Source of the DNA: an uncultured Ruminiclostridium sp.
Lineage (GTDB): Bacteria > Bacillota > Clostridia > Oscillospirales > Ruminococcaceae
Direction of reading: 5' to 3'
DNA: 64,000 nt
Assembly (NCBI GenBank): GCA_947627695.1
Contig: CANQXF010000010.1
Coordinates: 19,192-83,191, forward strand
Shown: positions 57,904-64,000 of the stretch, piece by piece
Layout of the letters: each line of letters opens with the position of its first letter
Numbering within the stretch: the first letter of the stretch is position 1
Notes under the pieces: generated by a model
Databases searched by the model: none
What the model saw: the letters and a program-made list of their open reading frames with translations, nothing else
Told to the model about the DNA's origin: nothing
Program-made: the position numbers and the translations under genes

Positions 57904-60528
57904 TCAGTTCTCCACCGTTTTCAGCTTTTCCATTTTTTCAAGGGCTTTCGCCAGCTTTGACTTTTCGTTTTCTATCTGCTGGGCGGGGGCTTTGGCGAGG
58001 AAGCCGGGGTTGTTCAGCTTGGCGGTGAGGAAGTCTATGTCCTTTTGTACCGCCTTTTTCTCCTTCTCTATCCTTGCCGCCTCTTTTTCAAGGTCAATAA
58101 GCTCGCCTCTTGGCATAAACACCTTTGCGGCGGCGGTAACAGCGGTCATCTTGCCCTCGGTGTCGGTCACCTTGTCGGTAACCAGAACGCTTGACGCTCC
58201 CGCCAGCTTCTCAAAGAACGGTATGCAGGAGGTGAAAAGCTCTTTCTCCGCCGTTTCTATCTCCATAGCGGCTTTTTTTGAGGGAGGAACGTTAAGCTCG
58301 CTCCTCTGCGTTCTTACCGCCCTGATAGCGTCAACTACCTTGCCGAAAGCTTCCTGTTCTTCGGGGAAGTGGAGCTTTTCGTCATATCTGCACCAGTCGG
58401 ATATCATAATGCTTTCGGGCTGATCCGCAACGGGCATTGACTGCCATATCTCCTCGGTGATGAACGGCATAAAGGGGTGGAGCAGCTTCAGCAGTCCCGC
58501 CATAACGTAAACGAGAACGTTCTGCGCCGCCTTGGCGGTCTCTCCGCCCTCGGCTATGCGGGGCTTGGTAAGCTCAATGTACCAGTCGCAGTAGATATCC
58601 CAGATGAAGTCGTACACCTTGCCGCAGGCTATACCAAACTCATAAGCGTCAAGATTGGCGGTGACGTCCTTTATCAGGTCGTTGTACAGCGACAGCACCC
58701 ACTTGTCCTCTATGGGGAGAACCTCGGGCAGCTCCGCCTTTTCCATATCCTCAGGCAGATTCATCAGAATGTAGCGGGAGGCGTTCCACAGCTTGTTTGC
58801 AAAATTCCTGCTGTTGTTCAGCTTGCCCTCAGACCAGCGCATATCGTTGCCGGGGGCGTTGCCGATAACGAGGGTGAGGCGCAGAGCGTCGGTGCCGTAC
58901 TTATCGATTATCTCCAGCGGGTCAATGCCGTTGCCCAGGGATTTCGACATTTTCCGACCCTGCTCGTCGCGGACAAGTCCGTGGATATAAACGTGTTCAA
59001 AGGGCTTTGTCCCCGTGTAGTGCAAGCCGCTGAAAATCATTCTCGCTACCCAGAACGGGATTATGTCATAGCCTGTTACCAGCGTGCTGGTGGGATAGAA
59101 AAATTCGTAATCCTCTGTCTTTTCAGGCCAGCCTAAGGTCGAAAAAGGCCAGAGGGCAGAGCTGAACCAGGTATCGAGGGTGTCCTCGTCCTGCTTCATC
59201 TCGCCGCCGCATTTGGGGCATTTGTGAGGAGCCTCGGCGGATATCATCTCATAGCCGCAGTCCTTGTTCTGACAGTAGTAAGCGGGTATGCGGTGTCCCC
59301 ACCACAGCTGACGGGAAATGCACCAGTCCCTGATATTCTCCATCCAGTGAAGATAGCCGTTTTCAAAGCGCTGGGGAATGAATTTCAGCTCCCCGCTTTT
59401 TACAACGTCGATAGCGGGCTTTGCAAGCTCCTTCATAGCGACGAACCACTGCTTTGAGCAGCGTGGCTCAACAACAGTGTGACAGCGCTGGCAGGTGCCT
59501 ACGTTGTGAACGTGTTCCTCCACCTTTACCAGCAGTCCAAGAGCCTCAAGGTCGGCAACTACCGCCTTTCTCGCCTCGTACCTGTCCATTCCCGCATATT
59601 TGCCGCCCTTTTCGTTTATGGTGGCGTCGTCGTTCATTATGTTTATTACTTCAAGGCGGTGTCTTAAACCTACCTCATAGTCGTTGGGGTCGTGGGCAGG
59701 GGTTATCTTTACAACGCCCGTTCCGAACTCCATATCGACGTATTCGTCGGCAATAACGGGTATCTCCTTGTTTACAAGGGGGAGAATGACGGTACGTCCG
59801 ATAAGGTTCTGGTAACGTTCGTCCTCAGGATTTACCGCAACGGCGGTATCGCCCAGCATCGTTTCGGGACGGGTGGTCGCTATCTCAACAAAGCCGCTGC
59901 CGTCCGCAAGGGGATAGTTTATGTGCCAGAAATGTCCTGCCTGCTCCTCGTACTCGCACTCTATGTCGCTGATGCTGGTCTTGCAGCCTGGGCACCAGTT
60001 GATTATTCTTTCGCCGTGGTAGATAAGACCCTCGTTATACAGGTCGATAAAGGTCTTCTGCACCGCCTTTGAGCAGCCCTCGTCAAGGGTGAATCTAAGC
60101 CTGTCCCAGTCGCAGGAGCAGCCCAATTTGGTAAGCTGTTCGCATATCCTGCCCGAATAGGTGTCCTTCCACTTCCAGGCACGTTCCAGAAAGCCCTCTC
60201 TGCCTATGTCGTCCTTGGTGACGCCCTCCTCCTTCATAGCGGCGACTATCTTAGCCTCGGTAGCGATAGAGGCGTGGTCAGTCCCGGGTACCCAGAGGGC
60301 GGCGTAGCCCTGCATTCTCTTGTAGCGTATCATTATGTCCTGGAAGGTGTTGTCCATAGCGTGCCCCATATGGAGCTGTGCGGTGATGTTTGGCGGGGGC
60401 ATGGAGATGGTAAAGGGCTTTTTGCTCTTGTCTATCTTTGTGTGGAAGTATTTTTTCTCCGTCCACTCCTTGTATATCCTATCCTCAAAGTCCTTGGGAG
60501 AATAGGTTTTGGCGAGTTCTTTCTTCAT
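57904..60528 (-). CDS. valS: Valine--tRNA ligase
   Basis: 874 aa; [37 protein letters not shown]. Confidence 0.97.
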   Translation of the reverse strand: MKKELAKTYSPKDFEDRIYKEWTEKKYFHTKIDKSKKPFTISMPPPNITAQLHMGHAMDNTFQDIMIRYKRMQGYAALWVPGTDHASIATEAKIVAAMKEEGVTKDDIGREGFLERAWKWKDTYSGRICEQLTKLGCSCDWDRLRFTLDEGCSKAVQKTFIDLYNEGLIYHGERIINWCPGCKTSISDIECEYEEQAGHFWHINYPLADGSGFVEIATTRPETMLGDTAVAVNPEDERYQNLIGRTVILPLVNKEIPVIADEYVDMEFGTGVVKITPAHDPNDYEVGLRHRLEVINIMNDDATINEKGGKYAGMDRYEARKAVVADLEALGLLVKVEEHVHNVGTCQRCHTVVEPRCSKQWFVAMKELAKPAIDVVKSGELKFIPQRFENGYLHWMENIRDWCISRQLWWGHRIPAYYCQNKDCGYEMISAEAPHKCPKCGGEMKQDEDTLDTWFSSALWPFSTLGWPEKTEDYEFFYPTSTLVTGYDIIPFWVARMIFSGLHYTGTKPFEHVYIHGLVRDEQGRKMSKSLGNGIDPLEIIDKYGTDALRLTLVIGNAPGNDMRWSEGKLNNSRNFANKLWNASRYILMNLPEDMEKAELPEVLPIEDKWVLSLYNDLIKDVTANLDAYEFGIACGKVYDFIWDIYCDWYIELTKPRIAEGGETAKAAQNVLVYVMAGLLKLLHPFMPFITEEIWQSMPVADQPESIMISDWCRYDEKLHFPEEQEAFGKVVDAIRAVRTQRSELNVPPSKKAAMEIETAEKELFTSCIPFFEKLAGASSVLVTDKVTDTEGKMTAVTAAAKVFMPRGELIDLEKEAARIEKEKKAVQKDIDFLTAKLNNPGFLAKAPAQQIENEKSKLAKALEKMEKLKTVEN

Positions 60529-60546
60529 TTTTATGGTGTCCTCCGC

Positions 60547-60684
60547 TGATAGTTATTAGTTTATAGTTTATAGTTGATAGTTGTGGAGATTTTTCGGCGG
60601 AGCCGAAAAATGGATTTGAATGGTTTATTTGAAAGAGTTGTTTTAATTATACACTGGTAATTGGCAAATGTCAATTGTCAACTG
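60547..60684 (-). promoter_or_regulatory. valS promoter and leader embedded in family A cassette
   Basis: GTTGACA-ATTGACA (60669-60674 = -35)-17 bp-TATAAT (60646-60651); leader ends AACTATCAGCGGAGG. Confidence 0.75.
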
Positions 60685-60759
60685 CTTGTGGGAGGGGGTG
60701 TGGGGCGGGTCTATATTTCTGCCGATTTTGATACGGCGGGGAAATCATATTTTTCCGTA

Positions 60760-61440
60760 TCAACTGATCACTTTATATCTCATACGAACATACGAATCAC
60801 AAAGCGGCGTACATTCGATAAGTTTTAGTGCGCTCAATCCGGGGAGCTCGCTTTCGCAAGTCAAAGAATTGCCGTCAATCAGCGTGGAAGTGTCTTTTCC
60901 GCCGATAAGAATCGGCGCAACGATAATATCAACATAATCAAGCAGCTTTTCTCTTAAAAGCAATTCGTTTACAGTCCCGCCCGATTGTATTGTCATCCGT
61001 TCACATCCGAAATCAGATTTCAGCCGCTTAAATGCTTCCCGCAGGGATACTTGCTCCTGTGCAAGGATATGCAGATTATTTTCCTCAACGGAAAATGCGG
61101 GATGATCCGTATTGGAAGTAATCAATACACATTCTTTTGCCAAGGCGCAGAAATAACGAATACCATGCGCTGTCAGGTGGCTGTTGTCTAAAAGAACAAA
61201 AGATACCGGGGTTTTCTCGGGCATCTCTTTTTGATTTACGCCTACTTTTGCCTGAACTCTGCCGGTATTAAATGACCAGAGATCGGTCGTCCTCTCAATT
61301 TCGTAGTACTGATGCAGCCCTTCCTTCACTCCGTCTATCTTTGGGAAGTCTTTATCTACATCCATTTCGTCCGTTGAGCCGGTACTGATTTTTCCGTCTA
61401 AAGACATTAACAAAAATAAAGTGGTTATCGGTCTGTCCAT
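60760..61440 (-). CDS. RibD C-terminal / dihydrofolate-reductase-like protein
   Basis: LMSLDGKIST, TIQSGGTVN, VAPILIGGKDT; lower GC than neighbours. Confidence 0.8.
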   Translation of the reverse strand: MDRPITTLFLLMSLDGKISTGSTDEMDVDKDFPKIDGVKEGLHQYYEIERTTDLWSFNTGRVQAKVGVNQKEMPEKTPVSFVLLDNSHLTAHGIRYFCALAKECVLITSNTDHPAFSVEENNLHILAQEQVSLREAFKRLKSDFGCERMTIQSGGTVNELLLREKLLDYVDIIVAPILIGGKDTSTLIDGNSLTCESELPGLSALKLIECTPLCDSYVRMRYKVIS

Positions 61441-61652
61441 TAGTTGTCCTCCTCACTGCCGATTTGCCGAGCGGATATGCTCGGCTTTTAATAAATCTTA
61501 TCACAAAAATATGGGTAAATCAACATATATCAGCCATCGGTACATAATTTATACCTTATGTAATAATTACACCGCAAAGGCGCACTTTTTGTTTTCCTCC
61601 GCTTTTTATCAAGCTCCGCAAAATGACGTCCACAACCGTGAACTCTCAACCG

Positions 61653-63389
61653 TCACGTTCCGTCCACAATGACCGTCTTATTATTCGTAAATATCACCAT
61701 TCCCGGCTTTGCTCCTGACGGCTTTTTGACGTATTTCACCTTTGTGTAGTCCACGGGTATCCTCGTGGAGCCTTTCGCCTTGGAGTTCTGCGCGGCTATC
61801 CTTGCCGCCTCGAGAATGGTGCTGTCGGGTATCTCCTTTCCCGCCGCGAACACTATCACGTGCGCTCCGGGAATGTCCTTTGTGTGGAGCCACAGGTCGT
61901 CGCCCTTGGCGGTCTTAAAAGTCAGCCTGTCGTTTTGCAGGTTGTTCCTCCCCGCCCATATGTCAAAGCCGTCTGATGATTTGAATTTCAGCGGCTGAAG
62001 TGGCTTTACGTCCTTGTCGGTGCGCCTGTCGCGACCCTTTTTCAAGTATCCCGCCTGAGAAAGCTCAAAGCGTATCTCCTGAAGCTCGGCGTCCGTCTGC
62101 GCCCTTGCGGCGGCGTCAAACACGCTGTCAAGGTAGACAAGCTCCTGCTTTTCCTGCTCTATCAGCTTAGTTAGCATTTTTTCGGCGGTGTCCAGCTTTC
62201 TGTACTCGGCGTACAGCTTCTGGGCGTTTTGCGCAGGGGTCAGCCTTACGTCAAGGGGGATCACCTCAGTTTCTCCTGTCAGGTAGTTTTCCGCCTCCAG
62301 CCTGTTCATACCCTTGCTCATTCGGTAAATGTTGGCGGAAACTATGTCCCCTTTGACTCGAAATACCTCCCGTTCACCGCAGGCGGCAAGCTCCGCCTTT
62401 TGCAGCTCTATCTTCTTCGCAGTTCGGTTGTATATGGCAAGAATTGATTTAAGCAGGTCGCCTGAGCGCTGTTTCATACGCTCTGCGGCGGCTCTCCCCG
62501 AAAAAAATCCGTCCAGCAGGCGGCAGGGACTGTCAAATTCCTTTTGCACCGCCGAGGGGCCGTACTGCTCCGTATTTATAAAAGTAAAATCAAGGGGCTT
62601 TCCGTTTTTGTCCGAAATGGTGAAGAACCTCGCCTCACCCTCGGTCAGCGCCGCTTTCAGTTTTCCCAGAAAAAAGGCGAAACGCTCCCGCTTTTCTTCC
62701 AGCGCCGAGCAGGGGGCATCAACGTCCCTTGCGGTGTAGTAAGCCCATTCGCGGCATATTATGGGGGAAATTCCCTCGAATGTTTTCAGAAGTTCTTTTT
62801 CCAGCTTTTTGTCGGGGCAGGTCAGCAGGCGCTTTGCCGCCTCGTCAGCGGTGCAAAGGCGCAGATCCAGCCTGTCCTCCTTTGGCGGCGGCTCGTAGGT
62901 TATCCCCGGCAAAATGCGACGTACCGCCGAAACGTTGTCGCCGATACGCTTTATGCTGTCAACTACCCGCAGAATGCCGTCTCTTTCGGTGAGTAGGATA
63001 ATATTGCTGCACCGTCCCAAAAGCTCTGCCGAAAGGCGGTTGTGCACGATATCGCCTATCTCGTTGACGCACTCAAAATCAAAGCTCAGCACACGCTCTA
63101 ATCCGTCCTGCTCTATGCCGAGGAGCCGCCCGCCGCTTAAATGCTTTCGCAGAAGCATACAGAACATAGGCGGGGACTGGGGGTTGTCCGCCGAGGCTTC
63201 GGTTATGCAGACCCGTGCAGTTGACGGATTTGCGGACATAGCAATTCTGACGCCGCCTTGACTTCCCCGCAGGGAGATCACAAGCTCGTCTTTTGCAGGC
63301 TGATGTATTTTGTCCACCCGTGAGCCGATAAGCCCTTTGCTCAAAAGCTCTTTGCGGACAAGGCTGAGAAATGCGCCGTCAAGCGACAT
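61653..63389 (-). CDS. rqcH: Rqc2/RqcH (FbpA, NFACT) ribosome quality-control protein
   Basis: PPMFCMLLRKHL, ERVLSFDF, ELLGRCSNIIL, AQNAQKLY, GRNNLQND, WLHTKDIPGAHV, VDYT, KPGMVIF. Confidence 0.93.
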   Translation of the reverse strand: MSLDGAFLSLVRKELLSKGLIGSRVDKIHQPAKDELVISLRGSQGGVRIAMSANPSTARVCITEASADNPQSPPMFCMLLRKHLSGGRLLGIEQDGLERVLSFDFECVNEIGDIVHNRLSAELLGRCSNIILLTERDGILRVVDSIKRIGDNVSAVRRILPGITYEPPPKEDRLDLRLCTADEAAKRLLTCPDKKLEKELLKTFEGISPIICREWAYYTARDVDAPCSALEEKRERFAFFLGKLKAALTEGEARFFTISDKNGKPLDFTFINTEQYGPSAVQKEFDSPCRLLDGFFSGRAAAERMKQRSGDLLKSILAIYNRTAKKIELQKAELAACGEREVFRVKGDIVSANIYRMSKGMNRLEAENYLTGETEVIPLDVRLTPAQNAQKLYAEYRKLDTAEKMLTKLIEQEKQELVYLDSVFDAAARAQTDAELQEIRFELSQAGYLKKGRDRRTDKDVKPLQPLKFKSSDGFDIWAGRNNLQNDRLTFKTAKGDDLWLHTKDIPGAHVIVFAAGKEIPDSTILEAARIAAQNSKAKGSTRIPVDYTKVKYVKKPSGAKPGMVIFTNNKTVIVDGT

Positions 63390-63403
63390 AAAAACCCCCG
63401 ATG

Positions 63404-63793
63404 ATAGTTAAAAAGTGTACAGTGTAAAGTGAAAAGTTGTGGTGATTTTTCGGCGGAGCCGAAAAATGGATTTGGATTGATGTATTGTGCTTAATGGAAG
63501 GTGGTGCGAGGAGAGAAGGTTGTGCGCGGCGAAGCCGCCGACGCCTGCGGAGCAGGCGTCGGGCAAGCCTGCCGAGGGCAGGCTTGCCGCTTGCCCGCAA
63601 AGCGGGCAAGCGCGGCTTCGCCGCCCCCGACAAGCAGCTGTTCAGTGTACAGTGTACAGTTGACAGTTGACAGTTGTGGTATCGCCTGCGGCGATGGATC
63701 AGGATTGCCTCCTACAAATTTCTACCTGTCATTTCAAATCCGTCCGCGAAGCGGACTCCACAACTGTACACTGTACACTGTACACTGTCAACT
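63404..63793. repeat. Composite intergenic repeat (family A + family B) between nif3-like gene and rqcH
   Basis: Heptamer arrays at 63404-63440, 63644-63680, 63760-63793; ends at GGGGG RBS of rqcH. Confidence 0.85.
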
Positions 63794-63815
63794 TACGTCT
63801 GACAACTGTAAGTTG

Positions 63816-64000
63816 TCAGACGTAACTCACTACGTCTATGCTGCTGTCCAGCACCAGCACTTCAGCTCCCAGCGTTTCAAGCCTTGCGGCAAGCTGAGGG
63901 CAGATTATATTTTCCGTGTGGAAATGCCCTGCGTCTATAACGGAAATGCCTCTGTTCGCCGCCTCGATAAAGCCGCTGTGCTTTACGTCGCCCGTTATCA
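63816..64000 (-). CDS. Nif3-like dinuclear metal protein, C-terminal part (truncated by window edge)
   Basis: Own translation of minus strand: ITGDVKHSGFIEAANRGISVIDAGHFHTE...DVVSYV-stop. Confidence 0.8.
   Translation of the reverse strand, partial: ITGDVKHSGFIEAANRGISVIDAGHFHTENIICPQLAARLETLGAEVLVLDSSIDVVSYV

Overview
64 kb of an apparently chromosomal region from a spore-forming Firmicute. Gene content and style (spoIIR, metY, pheST, valS, rqcH) suggest Clostridia, probably Oscillospiraceae-like (inference). The housekeeping backbone includes metY, tRNA-Arg(CCT), rnpB, an ECF sigma/anti-sigma pair, spoIIR, an RNA methyltransferase, PBP1A, ynbB-like, yicC, ABC-F, pheST, an ABC exporter pair, an AI-2E transporter, valS, rqcH and a partial Nif3. 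Four things stand out. (1) A ~14.5 kb intact head-to-tail phage structural cluster (4158-18655) with no integrase, replication, repressor or lysis genes, a miniature terminase small subunit candidate and a 249-aa tape measure; its intergenic spaces are filled with host repeats, making it a candidate domesticated gene-transfer-agent-like system. (2) An Abi_2/AbiF HEPN gene preceded by two copies of a ~64-nt hairpin-plus-terminator RNA unit with compensatory base changes. (3) A dense family of modular intergenic cassettes bounded by inverted 7-bp tandem arrays that sit at stop codons and supply ribosome-binding sites and -35 boxes to housekeeping genes. (4) A putative operon containing a P-type ATPase and an APH-like kinase that have both lost the catalytic aspartate. 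All protein calls are from motif recognition only; no database searches were run.
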